A stretch of 64,000 nucleotides of DNA. Origin: Octopus vulgaris. Lineage: Eukaryota. The DNA lies in NCBI GenBank assembly GCA_951406725.2, contig OX597820.1:127038001-127102000 (forward strand). The letters are read 5' to 3'. The notes under the pieces are model-generated. The model was not told the DNA's origin, ran no database searches, and saw only the letters and a program-made list of their open reading frames with translations. The first letter of the stretch is position 1; each line of letters begins with the position of its first letter. Of the stretch, positions 13,347 through 26,107 are shown piece after piece. The translations under genes were made by a program, and so were the position numbers.

Positions 13347-14620
13347 ATGTCTGTAATCATATTATAAATGATCCTGGCCCCTTTTTTTTTTGCCTTTTTT
13401 TCTTTTGGCCCATTCATTCATTCATTCATTCTTGTATGTGTCCTTGCCTTTGTCATTTTTTTTCTTCTAGTGTTCCCTTGATAAGTGGAGTCTGCACCCT
13501 GACATTTCCAAATAAGTGTATCTTTTCCTGTGAAACTCATCTTCATTTCCCAGCCTTTGCTCGTTGGCCTCATCACCTCCATTCTACCCATATTTACTTT
13601 CACTGTCAGACACCTTAGACCTATCTATCAGTCTGTCTATTTCTATGTATGTATATGTGTATGTATGTATTTATGTATGCATGCATGCATGTATATATGT
13701 ATGTATGCCTATCTGTCTGTCTCTATCTGTCTGTCTATCTGTCTATCTGTCTAGCCATCTATCAGTCTATCTGTCAGTCTGCCGGTCTGTCTATCCCCGT
13801 CTATCTCTATGTATGTATGTATGTATGTATGTATGTATGTATACATGCATGTATGTATGCCTATCTGTCTGTCTATCTATCTATCTATCTGTCTATCCAT
13901 CTCTCTGTCTGTCTGTCTCTCTCTCACTCTCTCTCTTTGCCTGTCTGCCAGTTGTCTGTCTGCCTGTCTGCTTTGTCTGTGCACATTATTAATATCTCAG
14001 CCATTGGGCTGAGGAGTGACCTAGACCATAGACCTGAAGGGCTTTAAGTCAATCAAATTGACTCCCAGTTCTAATATTTTAAGGCTGGTACTTATTTTGT
14101 TGGTCACCTTTTAAGGACCACCAGTTTACAGAGATCTAAGCAAACCAACACAGCTCAAAATTTCTTTTAGAATGTTTCTTTTTTCTGACTCATGGACACT
14201 GGAATGTGGTAAGTAAGCTACAGGCTCAGGAGTGGCTGTGTGGTAAGTAGCTTGCTTACCAACCACATGGTTCTGGGTTCAGTCTCACTGTGAGGCACCT
14301 TAGGCAAGTGTCTTCTACTATAGCTTTGTGCCAACCAAAGCCTTGTAAGTGAATTTGGTAGAGAGAAACTGAAAGAAGCCTGTCGTATATATATATATCT
14401 GTGTGTGGGTGGTTTTGTATCTGTTTGTCCTACCACACACACACAATCACTTGACAACCAATCCTGGTGTGTGTGTGTGTATATGTATGTATGTATGTAT
14501 GTGTCACTGCTGAAGTGTTTAGAAACTGTGAATAAGGTGCAAGTTTTGAGTACTCGTGGGTAAATTTTTTCTTTTTTTCTTTTTCTCCTTGTCTTCTAAT
14601 AATAATTACCCAACTTCTTT

Positions 14621-14979
14621 CTAGGCTTTGCTCACCGCTATCCCGCATTCAAAAATTATACGGGTATTTTCATTCAATAAATAGTTTTTACTTTACGTAT
14701 ACATTTATAGTAAATTACAACTTAAAAGAGAAAGTGAGAGACTTTGCAAATGAAAATGGAATACTCCACAGTGAATGCAATGAATATTTAAATCTGTGAT
14801 GAACTGGAGTTTAAAAAATTCAATAAACTTGAGAAATCGAAATTATAGGAAATTTCTTAGAACATGAATTTATAAAAATATTTCCAGACGGTCAACCCTT
14901 TAATAAATGCTTTCTTTTAATACTTTTAGTAATTGTTACATACCTAATTAATAAGCAGCTTTTTCCATTATAGTATAGG
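14621..14979 (-). mobile_element. Probable non-autonomous Helitron, degraded
   Basis: Minus strand starts (C)CTATACTATAAT and ends with a GC-rich segment followed by CTAG; hairpin imperfect. Confidence 0.4.
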
Positions 14980-15269
14980 TAGTATATATATATGTATATA
15001 TACACTCACACACATACGGGTATATCATATTTTCTGTTGCCTTTTTATTTAATCCTGAAAATATATATATAAGGTAGTACTTCAGTTCTCGAACACCTCT
15101 AATCATTCAGAGGTGTTCGAAAACCAAGGTGCTACTATATATATATATATCTGTAATTGTAATATGTGACGATTATTCGGTAGCCATGATAAAACTCCGA
15201 GTTTCGGATGCTGAGATGGAAATCCACGCTTCCATCTCTTCAGTTATTCGGCCATCGGAAAAAATGCCT

Positions 15270-15406
15270 TCCATGTTGTAAAAGAAAGCTTTCCATCTCA
15301 TGCGCTTAATCAGGTCTGTAATTTTCTCCAACAGTTTCTGAGAGTATAGTTCCCTTGATGGTATAGGTATATTTTTCATAGAATAATTGATGTAGTAGGC
15401 ATCCAT
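15270..15406 (-). pseudogene. N-terminal fragment of a Penelope-like RT polyprotein
   Basis: YSMKNIPIPSRELYSQKLLEKITDLIKRMRWKAFFY resembles the YSxKNIPIP...KRMRWKA start recalled from invertebrate PLE ORFs; truncated by the inverted arm. Confidence 0.7.
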
Positions 15407-15463
15407 ATTGAATTCTTCCGCAGGGCAGAGTCCTCAACCAATGTCTGGCGATTTTTTACGATG

Positions 15464-15533
15464 GCCGGATAACTGAAGAGATGGCGGCGTGGATTCCCAC
15501 CTCGGCATCTGAAACTCTGAGTTTTATCATGGC
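15464..15533 (+). ncRNA. Type I hammerhead ribozyme motif (second copy on minus strand 15183-15252)
   Basis: Stem I gccggataa/ttatcatggc, CTGAAGA 15473-15479, stem II gatg..catc, GAAA 15511-15514, near-palindromic stem III actc(t)gagt, GUU triplet. Confidence 0.7.
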
Positions 15534-17910
15534 TACCGAATAATTGTCACATGTTACATTTACAGATAAATTTACTCCATTTACATAATATTGAGGTCTC
15601 TTTCTTTCTTTTGTTGTCTTGCCATTTTTATCAATATATATATATATATTGATGATGATGATTTAAATCTTCATTAACCTTTCTTCTGCTGTGAAACGTA
15701 TCTGTACTTCCAGCCATGGCGTGGCCCCCTCATACCCATCTACCCACCCATTGTCAGCCACCCTAGATATCCTTATTCATCAGCCCTCCTTCCTCTACCC
15801 CTTCGGAAATCTATCGCCCTTCTTCCCTCTCTCACTCACTTTGTCTGTTGCCCCCCCCCCCCAGCTTATCTTTTCTGTAATGTGCTTGTGTAGACACACA
15901 CACACACATACTCTTACGAAAACATATAAAGGTGTGTGTGTGTGTGTGTGTGCATTGCACATACTTACACGTACGCACCCTCCTAAGGGCTGTGAACTTA
16001 ACTAATTACATGATTGCTATAGTCTCATCTTATCAGTTCATTGTTTCGCCGAGTTTCTGAAAGATAGGTTATATGTGCCTTGACATTTTGGCTGCACGAA
16101 GACTAAACAGAATTTTTGATGGACTCGTGTTCCACGGCACGTGACCCTTTCAGCACTGCTTGCTCTCTTGAATGAAAGCCGCTTCCTGTTCACTGCTTCA
16201 ATTCCATTCTCACAGATACACTTCCGCTGGTTATCTTGTTCGTCGTCGTCATTGCTAAACAGCTTCGAATAATAGTTGTTTGTTTTATTGATAAAAAAAG
16301 ACATCGAAAAGATACGAAATGCGAAATCCATTTTCTTCCCTTATCTTTTGCGTCTTTCAGTCGTTTGACTGCGACCATGCTACAGCACACAGATCGCAAA
16401 ACTACCAACCACAGTTCTTACAGTTTCAAAGTCGGATCTTTTCGCTTTGGCCGGTCAAAGCGAAAAGATCCCAGTAGACTGACCTGAAGTTATGTCAGTG
16501 ATGTTTGATACTTCCATGTAAACAATCTATGTCACAAACAATCATTTTATGGAACGTGAATCGACAGGAACAACGCCACTGATCCCTTCAGCATTTTTCA
16601 TTGCAGCTCAGTAGTTGTGCGAATTTATTGCTTTTCTCACATTTAACTGTTGTAATAAGGTCAGACAAGACACAATGTGGAATTTGTTTCTGCTCTTTGC
16701 GACCCCTGTTCGAATCCCGCCATATTCTGCAAGGTCGGTGATAATAAAACCGTCGTCTGATTTAAGACCAACACCAAATACCTTGGGAGTCATTAGCAGA
16801 GTCCATTCTGTTGCAAGCATTGAAGCTCGGTTTCCGGTTTCACAATTCCTTCCTCTGCCTCCTTCCCACTTGTCTCTGAGGTTCTTTAATAGTTCATAGG
16901 GTCGGCCTTTCCTTCTGGCCAATAGAATAAAATAAATATCCGTCTCTGTATAGCAACTTAAAATGTGAATAGAATTATAATGGACTTGGAGTAAAAAAAA
17001 ACAAAAAAAACTTTACTGTAAATGCAATTAAGTACTTTTAGCCAGCCAACGTTGTGTTGTTTTAAGCATTTTCCGATGAGATATTTCTAACGCAAAGCTT
17101 TGTTGATTGTGTGTGTGTGTGTGTGTCTGTGTGTGTGTGTGTATGAAGGATTTAGTCAATTTAATCGACGGAGAAAATTATTTTATCGACTCTGCAGCTG
17201 ATGGCAGGTGGGCGGAGGCGAATTACGAGTGCATAAGAAAGATACTGTTGGGAGTGGAAATATGATGAGAAAATAATAATTTTTTACTTTTACAAATTCA
17301 TAGACATGCAGCCCAATATTAAACAGTTAACTTTTTAGTTTTAAGGCTAAAAACGTTTTTTTTTCCCCTTTCTCATTTGGCTTTTTCGAGACTTTGTTCG
17401 CTGGCAGTTTTTTAAAGTTTGAATGCAGAAGAGCTGGCTTTCTACTCCTGGTTTTTACGTGGTCTTTTGGTTTGCCAAAATTAGCGATCCAGATCTTCCA
17501 TAAATCACACACATCCGGTGTTGTTATGTTTACGTCCTCGCAACTTAGCGATTCGGCAATAGATATCAAAAGAATAAGTACTAAGCTTCAAAAAATACGT
17601 CATGGCGGTGCCCCAGCATGGCCATAGTCAAATGACTGAAGCATAAAGTTAAAAGGTATAGCTTTCCTAGAGACTTTCACCCATTGTAGTACAAGCCAAC
17701 AGAACCTTTTTACGTTAGTAGATGTTAAGCAGTGTGCTGTGATTAAATGGTATGTCGCAAAGGTACCGCATATTTTAAAAAATAAAACCTAAGGTTTCAT
17801 AAAATTCATGTTTATTGCTTGCGTGATCGCCCTGTCTTGGTCTACGCTTGATCGAAGACTACAGCTAGTTAGAGGGACGAGCTATAGAAAGTTACGATAA
17901 TTAAACGACG

Positions 17911-18325
17911 GGATCTTTTCGGTTTGAACTGCAGTTTTTAAAATAATTTCCACGTAACCAAACACTTTTAAACTTTGTATACTGGTAGAATGTGTTTATA
18001 AAACATCTTTTTCTCTTGGCTTTAGTGAGAAAATTCTATACTTTGTAAGATATTTGTTGTTGTTTTTTCTTCAATTTCTGCAATTTCAACCAATCAATGA
18101 CGTCTATTGAGGTGAAAAAATTCTGTGCCGTATGAATATGTCCCTCGTTTAAGAAACAGATTGGGTTTATTTACATTTCTGAAGAAAAAAAGATACCCTT
18201 CCCCCACCCCTAAACCTAACCCTAAAACAGATTGAAATGCAATAAATCGATACTAGGGTCATAATTATGGGTGACAATTTCATATGACACCTCTAGAAAA
18301 ACTGCCGTTCAAACGGAAAAGATCC
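17911..18325. mobile_element. Merlin-like MITE
   Basis: TIR GGATCTTTTCGGTTTGAAC.GCAGTTTT, perfect 8-bp TSD aaacgacg; GG termini plus 8-bp TSD fit Merlin/IS1016. Confidence 0.88.
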
Positions 18326-18870
18326 AAACGACGACTATACTTGCTCACAGTCAAGGAATCTATGACGATGTCGCAGCCCCAGTGAATGTCTGCGCCTCAT
18401 TAGCCGCGACATCTCGTGCCTTCAGTAAAGAAGGTCCACTGGAACTCATATCTTCCACAAGGAGATGAAAACTGGAGCAAGACACGGGGACGATGCACGC
18501 ATTTGTTACCAATGCCTGACGTTTCAAATGTAGCTTTTTCTCAGCTCATTTCTAGGTGAGACTGGCCACTAAGATCACGACTTTGTCCCAGTTACTACTC
18601 GTCTGGAGGTCAGAACCGATCCAAAGCCGTGCCCTCTGATGCTAACCAATATGGAAACAGCTGAGTTTCTAATAATGATTTCCTTTATTTGCCTCAAGGG
18701 CGACGAACGCAGAGAACATTACAAAGATAAAAGCAACTTCATTATTTTATAACATTCAAATGGTTTCAAATTTTGGCACAGATTAGCAATTTTACAGGAA
18801 GGAATTAGTCGATTGCATCGACTGAAGTCGACTGGTATTTATTTTATCAACCCGGAAAGAATGAAAGATA

Positions 18871-19269
18871 TGTTTCTTTATTAGCCACACAGAGCTGCAC
18901 ACAGACGGGACAGATTACAAAGCAGCGCTTTTCTTTTGGGGGGAGAGAAAAAAAAAGTTGGGTAGGTTTTCGATCAAAAGGGATCGTAAAAGATAAAGAA
19001 AAAAAAAAGGAAAGAAAAAAACGATCAATAGGGATCGTGTATCACAGAAATGTCATGAATTAAAGTATAAAGGGGGAAGCAGATAAGGTTTATCCGTGGA
19101 AAGAAAAGCCTACAGAAAAGACCACGGTAACCTCGGTCAATAATGTTACATGTTACCACATTTGTTTGCAAGTAGGTAACCCTCTGTTTTAAATTTTTCC
19201 GGGTTCATAGGATTATGCTCAAGGTGGCTTCGTCATTCATATGTGCCATCCTTGCTACATTCACCCATC
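18871..19269 (-). mobile_element. 5'-truncated L1/Tx1-like LINE 3' end inserted in a family B SINE
   Basis: 14-bp TSD aagaatgaaagata (18857-18870, 19270-19283); ORF end WVNVARMAHMNDEATLSIIL*, T-rich 3' UTR, AATAAA then A-rich end; clade assignment is inference. Confidence 0.75.
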
Positions 19270-19863
19270 AAGAATGAAAGATAGAGTTGACCTCGGCCAG
19301 ATTTGAGCTTAGAAATATAAAGAGCCAGAAGAAATGCCGCTTGGTATTTTGTCTGACGTGCGAACGATTTTGCCAGCTGAACTCCTTAAAAACATTTATG
19401 ATCGTTTCTAAGGCGATGAGCTGGTATTTTGTCTGCCGCTACGTTCTGAGTTCAAATTCCGCCGAGGTCGTCTTTGCCTTTCATCCTTTCCAGATCCATA
19501 AAATAAGTACTTAATCCCCACCCACCAAAATTGCTGGTCTTGTATCGAAATTTGAAGGAAATAATTTTGATCGTTTCTAACTTTGACACAAGATCAACAA
19601 TTTTTAGGGGAGGGCAAGTCGATTACATCGATCTCATCTGGTACTAATTTTATCGACCCCGAAAATATAAAAGGTTAAGTCGACCTCGGCGAGATTTGAG
19701 CTCAGGATGTAAAGAGCTGGAAGGCAATCCGCTAAGCCTTTTATCCAACATCCTAAGGATTCTGCTAGCTCGACACCATAATAATTATTATAATGTTTTC
19801 GAATTTTGGTACAAGACCAGCAATTTCAGGGGAATAGGTAAGCCGACTATTAACTGGTTCTTG

Positions 19864-20265
19864 GGATCTTTCTGGTTTGAACTTTTAACATAATTTCTAG
19901 GTAACTAAAAAATTTTAAACTTCGTATACTGGTAGAATGTGTTTATAAAACATCTTTTTCTCCTGGCTTTATTGAGAAAATTCTATGGTTTGTAAGATAT
20001 TTGTTGTTGTTTTTCTTCGATTTCTGCAATTTCAACCAATCAATGACGTCTATTGAGATGAAAACATTCTGTGCCGTATGAATATGTCCCTCGTTTAAGA
20101 AACAGATTGGGTTTATTTACATTTCTGAAGAAAAAAGATACCCTTCCCCCACCCCTAACCCTAAAACAGATTGAAATGCAATAGATCGATACTAGGGTCA
20201 TAATTATGGGTGACAATTTCATATGAAACCGCTAGAAAAAACTGCCATTCAAACCGAAGAGATCC
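19864..20265. mobile_element. Merlin-like MITE inserted in a family B SINE
   Basis: Same TIRs, perfect 8-bp TSD ggttcttg. Confidence 0.88.
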
Positions 20266-20892
20266 GGTTCTTGTTTTATCAACGTCGAGAGGATGAAAAG
20301 TAAAGTTGACCTCAGCGGAATTTGAACGCAGAACGTATTGATGGACGAAATGGCGCTACGCATTTTGCCTGATGTGCTAACGATTCTGCCAGTTCGCCGC
20401 CTATGGTGATGATGGTGGTGGTGGTGGTGATGGTGGCGGCGGTTGTTGTTTTCATAATAATAAAACAAAATATTTCTTTCGTGCTTCAGATATTTCGAGA
20501 AATTAATGCAATTAAATTCCAAGAGAGCGCCCTATGCTTTGTGTGTGTGTGTGTGCGTTTCCGCTGTTTCGGTGTTGGGAAGTTGGGGCAGGTAAAAGAA
20601 GAATCTTTTTCGGTTGCAGAGTTTTAACTGAACTCAAACAGAATCAGCGTGGTTAATCAATTATTTGTTGAAATACACAATTTAGATCGCTACATGCATT
20701 TTTAAAAGTGCTTATTGTCTTTATAACACACACACACACACACACACATACATACACACACACACACACACATATACATATACTAATGTGTGTGTGCAGG
20801 CGCACATACATACATAATTGTACATTCATAATCTTTTACTGAAATTGCAACATATATATATGTATATCTATATATGTGTGTGTGTGTGTATG

Positions 20893-20924
<32 letters not shown>

Positions 20925-21330
20925 ACAGTTAAAAATAGCAATGCAAAGAAAATACACCCCTTCATTACCTCGTCCCCAAAAGAAATGTAAATTATTATTA
21001 TTATTATTATTATGTTACGCTTCTAACGTTTCTTTTTGCGGTAAATATGATAATAATGGATGGGTTTATATAGTTTCCGAAAAATCGTTAAATCGCCAAT
21101 TTAAAAATTTGAAAGCTAAGTCGCCGTAGATCTTTTTAAGATATTCTATATGCGGTGGTGGTGGTCGTGGCGGCGACGGGGAAGTTTATAGAAATAGCAA
21201 TTTGATCTATTTATAGATTGATTGTCAAGCAGCCGAAACAGTTCGATTTTGTATGGTCTATCTATCTATCTATATCTATCTATCTACTTATCTCTCTATC
21301 TCTCTATCTATCTATCTATCTATCTATCTT

Positions 21331-21466
<136 letters not shown>

Positions 21467-22619
21467 TATATATATATATTATATGTATGTATGTATGTAT
21501 GTAGGTAGGTATCGACACATGTGCATATATAAATCTCTTCTTCTCTCTCTCCTTCTCTTCTCTCTCTCCCTCTCTCTCTATATATATGCATACACGCATA
21601 TATTCACATAATATACATTATCTATCTATCTATCTATCTATCTTTATCTGTTTTTCTCTTTGCTTTAGGCTAATCAGCGAATTATGTAAAAATATGGTTG
21701 CTATTGATGCTGCTGTTATTGTTGTTAATGGTGATGATGATGATGATGCTCTTCACGGAGCAGTTTTATTTTATATTCTCTGATTATAAAACATTGGAGC
21801 AAACACGCATTCGGATGTTGCACGTGAAACCCTTTTCCTCATCTTGGAATCTAGTATCACACAAACACAATCACATCGTTAGAAAAATTAGCGCCTCTCC
21901 TTATATCCTCTCTACATTTCTCTTTTTGCTCTCTCTCTGTTTCTCTACTTCTTTTACTTCCACTCCTGCTTCCCCTCTTCCTCCTCTTCCCCCTCTCCTT
22001 CTCTTCATCCTCTTTATCTTCCTTCTTCCTGCATCATCATCATCATCATCATCATTATCAGCAGCAGCGTTTCTGTACAGCAGAGCTGACATCTGCCATC
22101 TTTAGGTGTTCATGGTTTCTGGTCGTCCGCCGAAAATGTTGCTTTCCATTCCCGCATCTCTACCTTAATGTGATGAAATTGTATTATTCATAGGTTCGTG
22201 GATGTTTTGTACCCCGGTGCTGGAGCATGGAGCACCCATAACACCTTACGACAGAAAGGTTCAAACAATAAACAGTCACGGAACCCGATCGGAACCGAGA
22301 GATACAAGGAAGGGCCCCTTGAATTTCTGATGTGGTAGAGATGAAGGAAGAAAGGAACCTCGTTCTCCTTTACAAAATTTCTCTCGGAGACCCCTTGGCA
22401 GACCCAGATTTTCTATAAGAGTTTGGTAACTTTTCATTCAGACCTTCTCAATTTCTGGTGTCAATCGTTCTCACATGACCCTTTACACTACGTTACATAC
22501 CTGGAGAGAGAAAAAGAGAGAGAAGGGGACAGAAAGAGATAACAAGGACAGACAAATATCAATACTCGACCCTTATTTATTGATTCTAATAAGGATGAAG
22601 AACCAAGTCAACCTCAGCG

Positions 22620-23035
22620 CAGGGCTGGATTAAAACCCATGGAGACCCTAAGCACTTGAAAGATTTTGGTGCCCCCATATATATGTAATTCATAATAGAA
22701 GTGCTAATAAACTATAAAATAAATTTTCTAAATGAAATGAAACGGAAAATAAAGTTTATTTTTGTATTTTGGATATTTCTTCTTTATTTATATTTGAAAA
22801 GCTTTTTTCCTACATTTTTAAATTGCCAAGTCTTTGATCAAACCCTCACTGTGTATGACACCATAAACACTTCGAAATTACATATCCGTTCATATAAACC
22901 ACTTTGCATATTAATTTTGCAAGTTTAAAGTGATTTCTTTTGTGCCGTAAACCATTTCCCATTTCTGTGGTGCCCTCCTCTTCCTTTGATGCCCTAAGCA
23001 CGTGCTTATTTTGCTTAATGGTTAATCCAGCGCTC
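22620..23035. mobile_element. hAT-like MITE inserted in a family B SINE
   Basis: TIR CAGGGCTGGATTAA / TTAATCCAGCGCT(C), 8-bp TSD cctcagcg/cctcaacg. Confidence 0.75.
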
Positions 23036-23304
23036 CCTCAACGGTATTTGAACCTGAAGTGCAACGGTTCCACCTATTCACCACCTTCATCGAACAATAT
23101 ATCACGTGGTATTTCCGTTATGGTTCCTTTCCGAGTTCGTGACCCGCTCCAGTCCACTTTGCCTTCCATCGCTCCGAGATCCATTAAATAAGTACCAATG
23201 AGACAGTGGCGAAGAAAGCATATGATTTATCATAACTTTGAACGTGATACTACAGCATGGCCGCACTCTAATCACTGAAATCAACAAAGAAAGAAACTAT
23301 ATTC

Positions 23305-23882
23305 TTTTCTAATATAGGCACAAGACCCGAAATTTTTGGAGGGGAGTGGCAGTCAATTGGATCGACCTAGTATGCAACTGGTACTTAATTTATCGACCCC
23401 GAAAGGATGAAAGGAATTTGAACTCAGAACGTAAAGACAGACAAAATACCTATTTCTTTACTACCCACAAGGGGCTAAACACAGAGGAGACAAACAAGGA
23501 CAGACAGACGGATTAAGTCGATTATATTGACCCTAGTATGCAACTGGTACTTAATTTATCGACCCCGAAAGGATGAAAGGAATTTGAACTCAGAACGTAA
23601 GGACAGACAAAATACCGCTAAGCATTTCACCTGGCGTGCTAACGTTTCTTATTTCTTTATTGCTCTCAAGGGGCTAAACATAGAGGGGACAAACAAGAAC
23701 AGACAAAGGGATTAAGTCGATTACATCGACCTCAGTGCGTAACTGGTACTTAATTTATCGACCCCAAAAGAATAAAAGGCAAAGTCGACCTTGGCGGAAT
23801 TTAAACTCAGAACGTAACGGCAGACGAAATACTGCTAAGCATTTCGCCCTGCGTGCTAACCTTTCTGCCAGCTCACCGCCTT
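23305..23882 (-). mobile_element. Three nested/tandem family B SINE segments
   Basis: Tails restart at 23451 and 23650 within the preceding copy, same orientation. Confidence 0.85.
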
Positions 23883-24873
23883 GAAGAAAGGAACTTCAAT
23901 TAAATTTATTAGCGAGCTGTAGTTCCGTTTCCACGCCTACTTTCCGTTTTAAGTGGCTCTTAAAGACCTCCAAGTACGAGACTACAACTGTTTGGTGGAA
24001 GGGCGGAGTTGATTAAAGAGACCTTTAGGACTTCATTTACACTTATTTTATTCGAGCTCGGAAGGATGATAAATAATCTTTTTTTTTTTTATTTGGTTCT
24101 GTGAGTGACATTTAAAAAACCACAACGATCTTATTGTTTACAGGGTTCGGGAAGATTACCACTCGTCGGAAAAGAGTAAAGAGGGGACAGAAAGCAGTAA
24201 TAAGTCAAATAAAGACAGACAGTAATGATTTTGCTAAAAGTGAATGCAAATAGTAGACAGGACAGAAGAAGAGGAAAGTGAATAAGTTAAAGAGCCACAA
24301 AGAGGAAAAAGTGCATTAGTCAGGTCAGGAGCAGCAATGGCGAATTTCGGGAAGCTTCGAAGTTTTGAACGATGCTGTGTATGGTTTTTTTAACATGCTC
24401 GACAATTCTGATTGTAGAAATAAATGTTCCCGAAAGTCATGGAGGCTGCGCTGTGATTTTATTTTTAATTTAATTCAATTTTATAAACATATATCTATAG
24501 GTTGTTAGAGATATTGGATTCAAAAGGCTTGCCAAAGTTGTTGGAAAAGAGGATGGATGTAGATAATCTTACGGGTGTCTAGCAAGTCTTACCGTTAGTT
24601 GCCGCGAGGCAGCGAAGCTCTAGCAGTGTGTATTCAATCATGTAAATGACCGTTTTCGTAAACTCACCTGATGATAAATAATTATAATATATCGATCTTT
24701 GAAAAAGCGGTAGCTGGCTAGGCAATAAAATGACGGTTTATCGGTGAAGATCGTTGTATATTTGTATCCTGTCATTAGCATTGTGCTGTGTTTGTGACCA
24801 AGATAGTCAAAATTATTACTGACCTTATGCACCTGGCCTATAAATAGCTATCGGTAGATAGGTATATGCTCAT

Positions 24874-24911
<38 letters not shown>

Positions 24912-25325
24912 AATTTAGAAGTATATTTCTTTGAGTACTGACTTTCGTTATTCTTTCCATAAATTAATCTTAGAGTCATAGATATTGTCCAGGACTTTCT
25001 GAATGGCTCACCTGACAGCCAACATCTCATGCGGTCTGTTTTTCAAAAAAGGTTGCCCATGCTTGGTTTATACGAAGGCAACGTTCTTCGATTCTGGTTT
25101 CATTGTAGGACAGGGTCTTTTTTTCTACAGTTACAAACGGTTTACTCTTTGATTTCTTAACTGAGATAAAGTGAAAGGAGATGGGAAGATTGTAAAGACG
25201 TTTATCATATTGTCCTAAAATTTTAATTTGTCAATATTTTTTTAGTCGAATTAGAACGCGTCCGCGGACTCGATTTCCGGCGAATATAGCACCACATCTT
25301 CACAGTACTCCGAGTTTCAGAACCT

Positions 25326-25371
<46 letters not shown>

Positions 25372-25530
25372 AGTTTCAGTCAATTGCTTGAGCACCACCT
25401 CTAAGGATTTTTTATCCGAAGAAATCGGCCCCAGGACTTATTCTTTGGCCTCCGGGTAACTGCCCAGGGCTTCCATACCCTGAGACGGCACTACTCCGAG
25501 CGCGCACACACACTCTATACAAGCACCCTT

Positions 25531-25584
<54 letters not shown>

Positions 25585-25913
25585 CCTTAATATAACCTGG
25601 TCGGTGAAAAACTGGTAACAGGTTCCAATGAAGATGTAAAATATCGGTCCTGTTTCAGATTAATCATCAAGTATTTTAAAACCCGGTATGATTTATTAAT
25701 GGGTTACATATATATGCATTTATACATTCTCCATACTCACTAGAACACTGGAAATTCATGAAACATTTTAGGGATTTTCCATTTGAAGTTCCTGGGTGAA
25801 CATACGCAGGCACACACACACACACACACACACATGTAATACATACATGTGTACGCATAAACAGTAATTGAACGCACAAACACTTGCTCTGTTGTGACTC
25901 GTACACACACAAG

Positions 25914-26107
25914 CAGGGCTAATTCTAAGTCAGTTAGACATATTTGTACAAATTGTGGCTAATGGTGGAGCTTCAGGCCCTCAACGCTTTTTGGCTGGGA
26001 CTGGCGTACTGCACGAAGCATAAAACATCAATCTTCAGCTTTTGCAGAGTAGAGAGCCCTGCTACTAATTCTCTAATTGAGCCCCGTATTTCCTTGCGTC
26101 AGCCCTG
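25914..26107. mobile_element. hAT-like MITE, old
   Basis: CAGGGCT...AGCCCTG termini, degenerate 8-bp TSD cacacaag/ctcacgag. Confidence 0.5.

Larger units (their letters stand above)
15149..15620 (-). mobile_element. Penelope-like retroelement remnant with inverted pseudo-LTR arms
   Basis: ~118-bp inverted arms 15149-15266 and 15452-15567, each with a hammerhead motif, flanking a PLE-like ORF start; sits between (TA)n tracts. Confidence 0.75.

Noticed and set aside
16038-16331. 97-aa minus-strand ORF
   Set aside because: No recognisable motif and no convincing splice donor; cannot be supported as CDS
18208-18226. Telomeric CCCTAA repeats
   Set aside because: Only 2-3 units, internal to the MITE; not a telomere
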